NCBI GenBank assembly: GCA_951406725.2
Contig: OX597818.1
Coordinates: 128,712,001 to 128,776,000 of the forward strand
Source of the DNA: Octopus vulgaris
Taxonomy: Eukaryota
Reading direction: 5' to 3'
Length of the DNA stretch: 64,000 nt
The notes beneath the pieces were generated by a model. The model had not been told where the DNA came from. It saw only the letters and a program-made list of their open reading frames with translations, and did not search any database. Shown in pieces: positions 12,076 through 26,099 of the stretch. The first letter of the stretch is position 1, and each line of letters starts with the position of its first letter. Both the position numbers and the translations under genes were made by a program.

Positions 12076-14247
12076 CGAAGCCTTGAAGAATGACTAGTTT
12101 GTGTTTCTAATTGACAAAACTGTATTGCTTGGCTTGTCAGAATATATTCACCATCCTGCAATATTTGTATATTTTGTAAAACTCACTATGAAGAAATCAG
12201 CTGTTCCTGTAACAGTTTCTTTCTTTCTCTTTCCAAGGCAGCTTCAGCATTAGATTATAGCAGTTTATTTTTCACAGAAATAAATAATGAAATTGAAAAA
12301 AACAAAAAAGGAAGAGAAAAAAAAAGACAAAGAAAAATAGAGCATTGACTGTATTTTGTGTCAAGATTTTGAAGTGTTTATTAAACTATTATTAAAAAGG
12401 TGTTATAATGTTTTGGGGTTGTTTCTTTGTTTTTTGTGCATGTGTATTTTCATTATCGTTATAACGTTATATGACTGTGTGGCTAAGAAGTTTGCTTTGC
12501 AACTACATGGTTTCAAGTTCAGTTCTATTTTGCAGCAGCTTGGGCAAGTATCTTCTGCATTTTACTTGGCTCACCAAGTGCAGAAGCCCATCATGTTTAT
12601 ATTTATGTATATAAATGTCTTTTTTTGTTTTTGTCTCACTGATTGACAACCATTGTTTGTTTGTTTTAATCCCCATAACTTAGTTTGCAAAAGAAAGATC
12701 AATAGGAGTCAGTTTGATCTGTATGATACCCCAGCATAGCTACAGGCCAAGGTGGAGGCGCAATGGCCCAGTGGTCAGGGCAGCGGACTCGCAGTCATAG
12801 GATTGCGGTTTCGATTCCCAGACCAGGCGTTGTGAGTGTTTATTGAGCGAAAACACCTAAAGCTCCATGAGGCTCCAGCAGGGGATGGTGGTGAACCCTG
12901 CTGTACTCTTTCACCACAACTTTCTCTCACTCTTACTTCCTGTTTCTGTTGTACCTGTATTTCAGAGGGCCGGCCTTGTCACTCTCTGTGTCACGCTGAA
13001 TATCCCCGAGAACTACGTTAAGGGTACGCGTGTCTGTGGAGTGCTCAGCCACTTACACGTTAATTTCACGAGCAGGCTGTTCTGTTGATTTGGATCAACC
13101 GGAACCCTCGTCGTCGTAACCGACGGAGTGCTTCCATCCACAGGCCAATAACTGAAGAATAATATTGTAATTATGGAGATGTACTTGCATAGCAAATGAC
13201 CTGATCTGAGATCGTGTGCTTGAACGAAAACAATTGCAGCGTGGAAGGTGTTTATAAGCCATTTAAGAAACACACAAAATCGGTTAGATTCAGTTCAACA
13301 TTTAAATTTAATTTGTCAAAATATTTTCATTGCTTTGAGAATAGTTGCTCTAATTGTCCATAGTTTATCAGTGCCAATGGACAAAGGTGACAATGGTTCA
13401 TATTACATCAGCATCACTCAACAGTATCTATGCCCAGAACATATAATGCTGGCCAGCACAATCTCACCAATGTTATATGAAACCTATGTAGCAGATACAA
13501 TTTGCTACTGTAATAAATAAGACACTTGAATGATTGATGGATTATTTTCATAGTTTACTGTGCCAAGATCAAAGCTTGAAGTGGACTTAACTCATGGCAT
13601 GAATCATTTGAAATTTAGAAAACAATAAGCCTTTCTACTGAAGGCAGATAGCTTGAAAATTTGGGAGATGGATTAGTCAATTACATCAACCCTAGTGTTC
13701 AACTGGTACTTATTTTATTGCTCCCAAAAGGACGAAAGGCAAAGTCAACCTCAGTGGAATTTGAACTCAAAATATAAAGACAGACTAAATGCTTCTAAGC
13801 ATCTCGTACAGCATTCTAACAATTCTGCCAGTTCACCACTTTAGGCATAATAATAATAATCCTTTCTACTATAGACACAAGTCCTGAAATTTTGTGGTAG
13901 GGGACTAATCGATTACGTCGAATCCAGTTTGTTGCTAGTACTTAATATATTGCCCCCAAAAGGATGAAAGGCAAAGTCGACCTCAGTAGAATTTGAACTC
14001 AAAATGCTGCAACGGGCATGTTGTCTGGCATGACCAGCTCATCACCTTATTCATAATTTCAATAAAATTCTTTTCTAAATTTGACTGGGTTTTGATTGTC
14101 GACATTGCAATCAAGGCTGGACATGTTGCATGTAATTTGCATATTCATATCACCCCCTTATGGTCAAGATATGCTTTAATGTTTATCAGACAAGTGTGAA
14201 GAGTTCTTGATGGAACTCTACAGATTTGTATTTATTATATACATCAA

Positions 14248-14521
14248 CTAGCAGTATCGCCCAGCGTTGCTCGGATTTGTAAGCATTTTTAGAGAGTTAC
14301 TTCCCTTATATAACCCAAGCAAAAATCATTAAAAATGCGGAAAAATGATGGAAATCGTAGACTCATCGTAGACGCGCGCTAATACCCAGAAGGGCTCGAT
14401 ACGAATGACAACTATAAGATACCTGCTTTTGGTTAAACTGCACGGCAAAATGTGGGAGTAAGGAATCTAAATCGGAGGAGACAGAGTCTCACACACACAA
14501 CTTCAATTTTATATATAAAGA
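14248..14521 (-). mobile_element. Non-autonomous Helitron (internally deleted copy)
   Basis: Minus strand starts TCTTTATATATAAAA and ends with a GC hairpin + CTAG, inserted between A and T. Confidence 0.85.
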
Positions 14522-14879
14522 TTAGACCATAACAGGAGATCATTGTTGTGTTAGGATTTCCATTAAAAGTGACAATTATACTTAAAAGGATCTTTACTAC
14601 TAGCAAGGGCTTGTAGGTTGAGAAGTATATCTACTTCACTGATTGTCGTATTGATGCAGTTTTCCCATGAGGATGTAAATACAAAGGTCTAATTTATCAA
14701 TTAAAAGTTATTGTCCCTAAGATTATATAACATTGACACACAATTGTATTTAGATGGAACTCATGAAAATTCTATGCAGAAACCAGAATGGATCCAGAAA
14801 ATGTCAATTAACAACTGCTCAGTTATAGAGCAAAGAATCTCCTTACCATCCTAGGTTGCTTTTTATTTTTTATTATAGA

Positions 14880-15258
14880 CTAGCAGTATTGCCCGGCGTT
14901 GCTCGGATTTGTAAGGGAAATAACTATATAAGCATTTTTAGAGAATTATAGCCAAAAAATGCATCAAAAATGGAAAAAAAATTATGGTAAATTTTTTTTT
15001 AAATCGTAGACTCATCATAGACATTTTTAGAGAGTTACTTCCCTTAGCGAAAAAATGCATTAAAATGGAAAAAATGATGGTAAATTATTTTTAAAATCGT
15101 AGACACATCGTAGACGCGCGCTAATACCGAGAAGGGCTCGATATGAATCACGACTATAAGATACCCGCTTTTGGTTACACTGCACCGCAAAATGTGGGAG
15201 TAGTTAGGAATCTAAATCGTAGGAGACAGACACACAACTTCTCTTTTATATATAAAGA
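14880..15258 (-). mobile_element. Non-autonomous Helitron
   Basis: Same family, with TC...CTAG termini and an A|T target. Confidence 0.87.
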
Positions 15259-16768
15259 TTTTTTTAAAAAGCTTTTCACTTTTTATGCTGCAAACAGCTT
15301 TACTAGCTTATGGAAACCCTCAAAAAAAGAAAAAAGCAGTAGCTGCATTAATAATGCTCTACAAAAACATTTAAAGTAAGGTGAGTTCACTTGAATGAGA
15401 ACACAAATTTTTTTCAACATTCTTAATGTTTTACCCTTAAACCCTTTTCTTATTGATATTCTTTCTTGATTATGTCTTCTGTAGTTCAGCAGAATGCAAG
15501 AAACACAGCTTTACCTTCACAAAATCAAGAAGTTTGAGATACTCCACCTCTTTGGTTGCTTTATGAAGTCATGTCATTTAATTAATACCATAAATCCTAG
15601 AGTATAATCAGCACTTTTTTCCCAAAATTTAAAGGTCAAAATCCCTAGTGCATACTGTATATGAGATTAAAAATGAAAATTATTTTCTAAGCAATGTCCG
15701 AGTCTCTATTTGCTTGTCTGGCTATGTTTATTCAGACGCATTTTGTGATGTCGGGCACGAAAATACCTTAAGCTAAGCCTGAAAGCAATGAAGTCATAAA
15801 AGAATCATCCATAACTTGCAGTAAACAACATTTATTAAACATTATTACTGTTATTTCTTTATTTACTGCAAACAAAATGCACAAAAAAGCTACACGTTTG
15901 CATTATGTTATGTATACAATAATAATAAAGGACATTACCGTATACATTTTTACAAACCAAGGACGTTATATAGACCTCCTTGACTCAAGTCAAAGTTAAC
16001 ATAAGCAACATTTAAACTCAGTAAATAATAGAGACAACTAAATACTGCAAGGTAATATGTCCAATGATTTCTGACTTCAGTACAAGGTTGTATATTTGAA
16101 GGGAGAGGGTGTATTGTTGATTCATTCAACTTCGACATTGGTGCTTATTTTAGTTAGTTTCTAGACTTTGGTGGAATTTGAACTAAAAATGTATAAGGAA
16201 GGATACAAATAATTTAAGACGTTTAGTCCAACTAGTTCCCTCTAAAATAATATAATGAAATTATCATAGTTGATTAACATAATTATAATTGCAATGACAC
16301 TTTAATAATAATTGTAATTTTGGCATAAGGACAGAAATTTTGAAGGGATGTGGGGATAAATTAATTGCATCAAGCCTTGTACTTCGTTGACACTATATCT
16401 TATTGAACTTGAAAGGAAGAAAGACAAAGTTGGCCTTGGTGGGATTTGAACTCCAAACATAAAGAGCCAGAAGAAAAGCTGCTAAGTAATTTGTCCAACA
16501 TGCTTATGATTCTACCAGCTTGCCACCCTTGTAATAATAATAATAAATTTGTGAGATCTAGTTTTTGCCCTGTCAGCTTTCATGTAAATCTGAATGTTTT
16601 GTTTGCAAATTTCTATATTGGAAAAAATATTTTTCAATAAATTATTTTATATAACGGAACTCAAAAGAGATAAAGTTATAAATAACAGCATGTCAAATAT
16701 TGGATTAAAAAAAAAACTTTTGGATGGAAAAAAAGTCCTGTGCTAACACAAGTAATAATTGTTTCTAA

Positions 16769-16924
16769 AATACCTGGAATTTTGGAGATGAGTTTATACA
16801 ATCGGCTGGTATTTTATTTTATCAACCACTAAAGGATGAAAAGCACAATACCTGGAATTTGGGAGAGGAGTTTATACAATTGGCTGGTATTTTATTTTAT
16901 CAACCACAAAAAGGATGGAAAGCA
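16769..16924 (+). repeat. 78-bp tandem duplication of a degenerate SINE-B segment
   Basis: aatacctggaattt.ggaga.gagtttatacaat.ggctggtattttattttatcaaccac.aaaggatg.aaagca occurs twice. Confidence 0.85.
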
Positions 16925-18488
16925 AAGTTTATTTTTATGGGATTTGAACTTAAGAGTGTTAGGAGCAAATATTGCAAATGTCTGATGCTCTAATGATTCT
17001 GCCAATCCAAATCTCTATATATCACCCAACTCAAGAAGACCTGCCCACCACCACAACAGAATTTGAGATCCTAAAACCAAGTGCCATGTAAAAAGCATTG
17101 GTGTTGGTACTTGTGCCACACAAAAAGCACCTGGTACACTCTATGGTGTGGTTGGCATTAGGAAAAGCATCCAGCTGTAGAAACCAAGCCAAAACAGTCT
17201 ATGGGACCTTGTGCAGCCTTTGGTCTTACTAGTTCCAGTCAAGCCATCCAAACCATGCCAGCATGGTGGAGAAAATAGGACTCGATTAGCAAAGGTAGGG
17301 TAAAATATAGTGTTTAAGATAGACTAAAGCAGAGTGAAGCTGAAAAATTTCAGACTCTGTTACTCTGAGTTTCATGTAATTGATCATCAGACAGGAATGG
17401 ATTTTTTTTGAAACAATGGTCTACAGATAGTTTATAAACGGTGCAGTAATAATCATTTGGTAACTCATCAAATATTTGAAGCTAATTGGATAGGAGGTTA
17501 TAACTTTTCATATTTATTGTAGAATATCTTTACTTTTATCTTTTACTTTTTTGAGTCATTAGACTGTGGCCATACTGAAGCAATGGTTTGAAGAATTGTT
17601 GTCAAATGAGTCAATCCCAGTACTTGTTTCCTCTTTTTTTTTTTTCAAGTATTGGTACTCATTCTATCATTCTCTTTTACCAAACTGCTAAGTTATGGGT
17701 ACATAAACACACCACCATCAGTTGCCAAGTGATGGTATAGGATAAACACAAAGACATGAAGACACACACACACACATCCATAAAGACACTTGCCCAAGGT
17801 GCCATGCAACAGGACTGAACCCAGAATCATGAGGTTGGGAAACAAGCTTCTTACCACACATAGGCACAGGAGTGGCTGTGTAGTAAGTAGCTTGCTAACC
17901 AACCACATGGTTCCAGGTTCAGTCCCACTGCGTGGCATCTTGGGCAAGTGTCTTCTGCTATAGCTCCAGGCCGAGCAATGCCTTGTGAGTGGATTTGGTA
18001 GATGGAAACTGAAAGAAACCTGTCGTATATATGTGTATGTGTTTGTGTGCCTGTGTTTGTCCCCCTTGCATTGCTTGACAACCAATGCTGGTGTGTTTAC
18101 GTCCCCGTCACTTAGCGGTTCGGCAAAAGAGACCAATAGAATAAGTACTGGGCTTACAAAGAATAAGTCCCGGGGTCGATTTGCTCGACTAAAGGCGGTG
18201 CTCCAGCATGGCCACAGTCAAATGACTGAAACAAGTAAAAGAGAGAGCCATGCCTGTGCCTATAAATTTGCTAAAAGTCATATCTTTTACTTGTTTCACT
18301 CATCAGTCTGTTGCCATGCTGGAGCACCACTTTGAAGAATTTTTAGTTGAATGAATCGACCCCAGTACATTTTTTTTAAAGCCAGGTATTTATTCTAATG
18401 ATCTCCCTTGCTAAACGGCCAAGTTACGTGTATGTGAACACATCAACACCAGTTATGAAGTGGTGATGGGTGACAAACAGATACACAA

Positions 18489-18525
<37 letters not shown>

Positions 18526-18856
18526 TATATATATATATGTATATATATATATAATTAATAATAATAATATTAGGGAATAAATCCAAACTTACAGGGAAAA
18601 ATTAGATTTAGGATTAAATCCAATTTTATAGTATAAATATATTATATTATATTAAATTAGAGATAAAACCACTATTAGGCAAATCAAACAGTGAAAAACA
18701 TAAGCCAATACATAAAATTAAAAATATAAGTTAAAAATTAAAAAATTATTTAAATAATTTAAACTTATAAATTTTAAATATATATATATATTTATATTAT
18801 TTTATTTATTTATTTATTAATTTTTTTTTTTATATATAAATATCAAAAGTATTAAA

Positions 18857-18900
<44 letters not shown>

Positions 18901-19754
18901 TATACGACAGGTTTCTTTCAGTTTCCATCTACCAAATCCACTCACAAGGCTTTGGTTGGCTGGCCTGAAGCTATAGTATAAAACACTTGCCCAAGGTGAC
19001 ACAAAAAAATTTATTTAATATTTCTTTGATGGTTGTGGACCTGGTATTTGTCAGTAAAAACCACCAATCTAAATTACATTCCTCTGTAAAATAATACTGA
19101 TTTCTTTTTGGATGTCATTTCTGTAGTTGGATGGAATGGGGTGCTGTAGATTGACTCAATACCAATATCATCATCATCATCATCATTTAGCGTCCGCTTT
19201 CCATGCTAGCATGGGTTGGACGGTTCAACTGGGGTCTGTGAAGCCAGAAGGCTTCATCAGGCCCAGTCTGATCTGGCAGTGTTTCTACGGCTGGATGCCC
19301 TTCCTAACGCCAACCACTGCGTGAGTGTAGTGGGTGCTTTTTACGTGCCACCTGCACAGGTGCCAGACGGAGCTGGCAAACAGCCACGGACGGATGGTGC
19401 TTTTTACGTGCCACCGGCATGGGGGCCAGGCGAGGCTGGCAACGGCCACGATTGGATGGTGCTTTTTACGTGCCACCGGCGCACGGGGGCCAGGCAAGGC
19501 TGGCAACGGCCAATATATTGTTAATAATTAATTTAATGCCCTTCCCTCTCTCTCTGATATTGCAGGAGGGAAGGGCATTAAATTTAACCCAGGATAAAAC
19601 CAAATACTGCAAGCTGTTTACTTTGGTACTCTACCATTTATACAACATGTTAACTTTCATAAATAACAGAAAATAAAAGCAGAAGTTCATTCTCAAATAA
19701 TTTTTATATTATTTAATGTCTTGTACTAGAAAAAATACTATTTACTAATATTTT

Positions 19755-20452
19755 TCATGTCTTTGTAATGAAAGACTTCAAAAGAGTGTCAGCAGCAAAC
19801 CCAGGATTAATAATCCGACGAGACACTTTATGTTCTAATTCAAGAAGTTGTTCCTTCACACGTGGATGATTTTTGAATATATCTAGCATCTTACTCTGGA
19901 TGTAGTTCCACATCCATATTTTACGCTGTGCATCTCGCTTTCGTACCAGCTCTCCATTCTCTGAAAGTTTGTTTCTAAAATCAGTCATGTGTGACCAAAG
20001 TTCTTCTATTCCGTTTTTCTTAACTGCAGAAATTCGCAATACTTTCGGAGTCCACCCTGAACTTTTCCTCTGTAAATATTTCAGTGCACTTAAATATTCT
20101 GATTGAATCCTTCTGGCAGCAGGTGCGAGATCCCCATCGGATTTACTTATTACAACAATATCAGCTACTTCAACAATTCCCTTTTTGATTCCCTGTAATT
20201 CGTCACCACTGGCAGGAGGAATTAATAAACAAAACATATCCACCATATCATACACCATAAATTCAGACTGACCCACACCTATTGTTTCAATAAGGATAAT
20301 GTTGTAGCCAGCACTTTCACAGAGCTGGACAGTTTCGTTTGTTGTTCTTGTTACACCACCTAGATTTCCTTTAGCAGGGGATGGTCTGATGTATGCATTT
20401 TCATCCACAGAAAGCATTGGCATACGAGTCTTATCACCAAGTAAAGAACCAC
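19755..20452 (-). CDS. MMAA: MMAA coding exon 2 (to stop)
   Basis: atttatag|GT restores ...[13 protein letters not shown]. Also [33 protein letters not shown] and SKSDGDL. Spliced CDS is 439+698=1137 nt (378 aa + stop). Confidence 0.95.
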
Positions 20453-20621
20453 CTATAAATTAAAGAGAGAGAAAGACCAAAATTAATAATTATATAAACA
20501 TTAACATTCTGGCACACAGCCACTCCCTCTCTCAACCAAGAGGTCCTTATCTTGCAACTTACTTGGCAACACTTCTGGTGCTGGTGCAATGTAATAAGCA
20601 CCTGTGCCTATGCCATGTAAA

Positions 20622-21008
20622 TAGGCGCAGGAGTGGCTGTGTGGTAAGTAGCTTGCTAACCAACCACATGGTTCTGGGTTCAGTCCCACTGCGTGGCATC
20701 TTGGGCAAGTGTCTTCTGCTATAGCCCTGGGCCGACCAAAGCCTTGTGAGTGGATTTGGTAGACAGAAACTGAAAGAAGCCTGTCGTATATATGTGTATG
20801 TGTGTTTGTGCGTCTGTGTTTGTCCCCCTAGCATTGCTTGACAACCGATGCTGGTGTGTTTACGTCCCCGTCACTTAGCGGTTCGGCAAAAGAGACCGAT
20901 AGAATAAGTACTGGGCTTCCAAAGAATAAGTCCCGGGGTCGATTTGCTTGACCAAAAGGTGGTGCTCCAGCATGGCCGCAGTCAAATGACTGAAACAAGT
21001 AGAAGAGT
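20622..21008 (+). mobile_element. Abundant ~400-bp tRNA-derived SINE, family A (representative copy)
   Basis: AGGCGCAGGAGTGGCTGTGTGGTAAG...GGTTCAGTCCC head, internal (TA/TG)n, tail GGTGCTCCAGCATGGCCGCAGTCAAATGACTGAAACAAGT. Other copies at ~4344-4746(-), 17862-18246, 21945-22348(-), 34155-34525, 36729-37065(-), 41083-41490(-), 52664-53083(-), 59443-59853, 62371-62746 and 63208-63610. Confidence 0.9.
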
Positions 21009-22509
21009 AACAAATGATCGTCAAGCCAAGTGAAATCATAGTTGTGGCCATGTAAACAGTACCCATGCTGACGGCACATAAAAAGCACCCATTACACACT
21101 TGGAGGGGCTGGTGCTAGGAAGGACATCCAGATGTAAAAACCATGCCAAATGAGACTGGAACCTGGTGCAGCTCTCCAGCTTACCAGTGCCAGTCAAACC
21201 CATACCAGCATGGAAAGCAGGCATTAGATGATGATGATGATGATGATGGTCGTCATAATCATCATCATCATCAACAACAACATCATCAGGATAGTAATTG
21301 TGATACGTAAGTACTTATTTACTTTCTTACTTTAACCCTTTAACCCTTTTCTGCTTCTTCCCTGTTGGAACTCTTGCCTTTTCAGCCCCGCCTCAGTATC
21401 CCACCTCCATCTATTTTTAGGGCATCCTCTCTTCCACATCCCTTGTGGGCATATATTTTCCTGAGAGATTTTCCTCTCCCAGGTCTTTACTCTATGCAAA
21501 CCCATTTTTCTCTCTGGGAAGGGGTGGTCCACGTTAGTGTGACCTCTATCTTTTCACCTGTCCAACATGGGAGGTCTACAAGGAGGTTGTGCTCCATTGG
21601 CATAGCGCTCAGGACATTGAGACACACAAGTCACAGCACTGCAACAAGGACTGCCCTTTGTGATGGATGATACTTAAGTAGTACGGCTAATGCCCCCAAA
21701 TACACATGCTGCAGTCTTTTCAATAAAATTGTTTTTACTTCTGTTTTTTCCAGGCTGGCATGGGTTGGACATAACTTCTTGATGCCCTTCCTGATGCCAG
21801 CCTTTGATTTCAATTAAGGTAATTTATTTCACACCTTCACACCTTGAACCAACAAATTGCAGGACAGTGTTACACAGGTGGTGTACATATGAAGATCAGT
21901 GAAGACTATTACACACACACACACATATACATACAATATATGCTTTACTCTTTACTCTTTTACTTGTTTCAGTCATTTGACTGCAGCCATGCTGGAGCAC
22001 CGCCTTTAATCGAGCAACTCGACCCTGGGACTTATTCTTTGTAAGCCCAGTACTTATTCTATCGGTCTCTTTTGCTGAACCGTTAAGTGACGGGGACATA
22101 AACACACCAGAATCGGTTGTCAAGCAATGCTAAGGGGACACACAGAGACACACATACATGTATATATATATATATATATACATATATACGATGGGCTTCT
22201 TTCAGTTTCCGTCTACCAAATCCACTCACAAGGCTTTGGTCGGCCCGAGGCTATAGTAGAAGACACTTGCCCAAGGTGCCATGCAGTGGGACTGAACCCG
22301 GAATCATGTGGTTGGTAAACAAGCTACTTACCACACAGCCACTCCTGCACTTTCATACAGTTTCTGTTTAAGTTAACCTTAGTCTATAATTGAAGGCACT
22401 TGTCCAAGTTGCTACACAATGGGCTCAAACCCCAAACTACATGCTTGCAAAAACTATCACTACACACACACACACAAGCTGAACCCAATCATGATTTCAT
22501 AATTCATTC

Positions 22510-23297
22510 TGGACTGCTGGATAGACAGAGAGAATCGAGATGTTGTTGGAGAGAAGTGTGTTCGAATGGGTAATGACATGCTTGCGCTTAGTGATTCTGA
22601 AAAGAAAAAGGCATGGAAGAACTACTATGAAAGGCTATTAAATGTGGAAAATGAATGGGAGAAAGAAAGTCTTCCACATATGAACCAACAGAGGCACCAG
22701 TTATCCTAGTTGACACAGTATGATAGATAAGGCAATTAAAGATATGTAAACAGAGAAAGCCCCTGGCCCATCGGAAATCACTGCTGAGATGCTTAAAATA
22801 TCTGGTGGGATAGGATATGGTCTAGTCACCTGTATAGTTAATCAGGTTGTTTAGCAAGGCATAATTCCCAGTGACTAATGTAGCAGCATCATAGTCAGCT
22901 ACTTCAAGAGTAAAGGAGAGGCCTCAGATAGAAGTAATTATAGAGGCATCAAACTGCTGGACCAGTTATAACCAAATTAACTGGGAAAAGAATTAGACTA
23001 GATGAAATGCAATTTGGATTTGTCCAAAGGAGAAGCACTTCTGATGCTATATTCACCATCAGGCAACTGCAGGAGAAGTATTTAACTAAGAATAAGCCAT
23101 TGTACTTGGTATTTATTTACCTGGAGAAAGCCTTCGACAGAGTACCTTGCTCTTTGATATGATGGTCTCTGAGGAAGCTAAGGGTAGATGAATGGATTGT
23201 GAAAGCAGTACAGGCTGTGTACAAAGGTGCTGTTAGTAAGGTAAGAACAAGCCATGAGTACAATGATGAATTTAGCATAAAGGTAGGTGTTCACCAA
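22510..23297 (+). mobile_element. Decayed RTE-clade LINE reverse transcriptase fragment in the MMAA intron
   Basis: KAPGPSEITAEMLK, NYRGIKLL, QFGF..RSTSDAIFTIRQLQEKY, LEKAFDRVP and VGVHQ, with in-frame stops and frameshifts. Confidence 0.88.
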
Positions 23298-25700
23298 ATC
23301 CACAGTCCCTCAATACTACTTTCCACTCCCAGTTGAGGAATTCTTGTCTTGCAAGATACTAGATGATCCTGTCTGCTGGTACCAAGTAAAAAGCACTGGT
23401 GATGGTGCCACATAAGAAGCACTGTGCTGGTTCTGCATAAAAAAGCACCCAGTTTGTAAAGTGATTGGCATTAGGAGGGCACCCAACTGCAGAAACCATC
23501 CCCAAAAAGATTATGAAATTTGGTGCAGCTCCTGACCTTGCCAGCTCCAGTCAAACCGTCCAACCCATGCCAGCATGAAAAACGGACATTAAATGATGAT
23601 GGTGATTTATAAATTTTGCTTAAATCAGTATTTGAACAGTAAGAATACTCAAGCAGTGAAGTCTTTCAATTGTCCAGAAGGCTTCCAAGATGCAGTTGAT
23701 AGCTTCTGTTATTCAGCAAAACCAAATTCACAGTGGAGGTGGAAATCGCAAAAGCATAGTAATAAGAATAAGGATGGAGGGAGGAAGGGAAAACAATTCA
23801 GTGAGCTACCACTTCTGTTGGCAACAAGTTTTCTATGATGCTTGCTTGAGTATAAAAAGCAATATTACATGGAGATGAGACATAGGCACTGAATGTGAAG
23901 GATGTGTGAAGGTTAGAAAGAAATGATAGATGAAGCACAAGGGTACTGTAAGAAGAGGAGTAGTGTGGAAAGAGAGAAGAGGAGTAGCGTGGAAAGAGGG
24001 AAGACGGTGCTGGTTATGGAAATGTGGTGCATATGAAGAATGTTAGTTGGGCATATAAAATGCCAAACGATGCAAGTAGAAAGTGCTTGAGAAGAACAAG
24101 GTTGAAGAACTGATAAAGTCTAACCTCATGGTATTGGCTCTTACAAAGGAGATGAAGAATGACAGCAACAAATGATGAGATGTAAACAAAGTTATCTCAT
24201 TCAAAACTACAGAATAAAAGAAAGCAAAGGGGATTTTTTTAAAAAATTATGTCTGTCATAGACCTCAATTCTTTTGTAGTTATATTGTTTAAGCAAATTG
24301 TTTGACTTCAGCAAAAATCTATCAAGAGATGGTTTCTTTAATTTCACTTGTGAAAAAGTTAAACATATAGACAAATAAAAAAATATATACATATATTACC
24401 TCGCTATCATGCAGACGAAGGTAAAGTACAATGATATCAGGATGGTTTTAACAACCACCTACCAAACAATGATATCACATTCTAGCAAGTGCTTGACACA
24501 AATAACTACACATAAAACCCACTTTATCAACAGGTTATTGTGAACCTAAGCGGAGTTTCTGATTGAGTGCCCTAATTAATACCCAATGAGAAATGAAAAT
24601 GAAACAAAAATTGAAAAGCATATAGGGTTCACAGTCCGAATTATTTCCAAAAAAAAAGAAGAAAAAAAAGGATGGTCATAGCTTTGCTTAAATGCTTTTG
24701 ACTATAGATAGGTCTACTTCGTCAGCTGTGAATTCGGATAAAATTATACCATTCTCATACGATACTTAATGAATCAAATCAAGTCATTAAGAAAGAAATT
24801 TCCTAACAGTGAATAATATTTTTCTTTTATCCAAAACAAGCTTTCACTTTGTTTAGTATGTTTTCCAGTTATATAAACAAGGTCGTTGTTTGTCGCTACG
24901 CTGCCGGTAAAAATATTTGTTAATCATGTATGTATCTTAATAAATTTTCTAAATAGAAGTCTTTTTCAAAGTTTGTGCTGTGTTGTCTATATGTAGAAAC
25001 ACACGCAACCCACCCACCCAAAATAATAACTACTGCTTGTACTAACGAAAGTTAAATAAAAAATGAAACAAATTTAAAATTAACAGAATGATTGCCGAAC
25101 TAGATGTAATAAAAAGGAAATTCAGTTCATTTGCCCTGTTTGCTTCCGCAGTAACATAATTTCAAGGTGTAATTTTGTGTGTAATGCTCCCACGACGGAG
25201 CATTTGTAACCAAACCACTTCTATCTTACTAGATTGTAGTCTTACATACCACTAAAAGAAAAGATGACCATCACTGGAATGGCTTAATTCACAGATCTGT
25301 TCAATCGGTTACCTTGAAGTTATAAATAAACAATAATGATAAAGCTTTCAACGCTACGCAATTATTATACCTGCAGGAAATAACAGCTTAATCTCTCTTA
25401 AATCACGCTTAGACAGAATTCGGGGTTAAGCATCACAAAAAGGAGACCTCAGATAATTTAGTCCTGGATGGACTAAGAAAGAAGAAAAGATATAGGGCCG
25501 TTGTAACAGCATCAGGGTCCCCGGATTAAACAATGCAATAGGGATCTTCTATAATATTTGACAGCAAGTTACAGCATACCCAGGTTAGCTCTATCGCTCC
25601 GGAGCCACTGTTCCATGTGCTGATGCCTTAAGACGGCACATCGAACGTGACAGTAACTTGTTGAGAGTTAACCAATAACAGTATGCGTAAAAGCTGAAAA

Positions 25701-26099
25701 TCTTTATATATAAAAGAAAAGTTGTGTGTCTGTCTCCTACGATTTAGATTCCTAACTACTCCCACATTTTGCGGTGCAGTTTAACCAAAACCGGGTATCT
25801 TATAGTCGTGATTCATATCGAGCCCTTCTGGGTATTAGCGCGCGTCTACGATGAGTCTACGATTTAAAAAATAATTCACCATCATTTTTTTCCATTTTGA
25901 TGCATTTTTTCGATAATATATAAGGGAAGTAACTCTCTAAAAATGTCTACGATGAGTCAACGATATAAAAAAAAATTTACCATCATTTTTTTTCCATTTT
26001 TTGATGCATTTTTTTGCTACTTTTTGGCTATAACTCTCTAAAAATGCTTATATAGTTATTTCCCTTACAAACCCGAGCAACGCCGGGCGATACTGCTAG
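25701..26099 (+). mobile_element. Non-autonomous Helitron in the MMAA intron
   Basis: a|TCTTTATATATAAAAG ... CCCGAGCAACGCCGGG-CGATACTG-CTAG|t. Confidence 0.9.

Noticed and set aside
11502-12161. 219-aa YIYI/VCVC-rich ORF
   Set aside because: Dinucleotide microsatellite translation.
12754-12826. tRNA gene
   Set aside because: tRNA-like head continuous with a SINE body and TSD, repeated at several loci.
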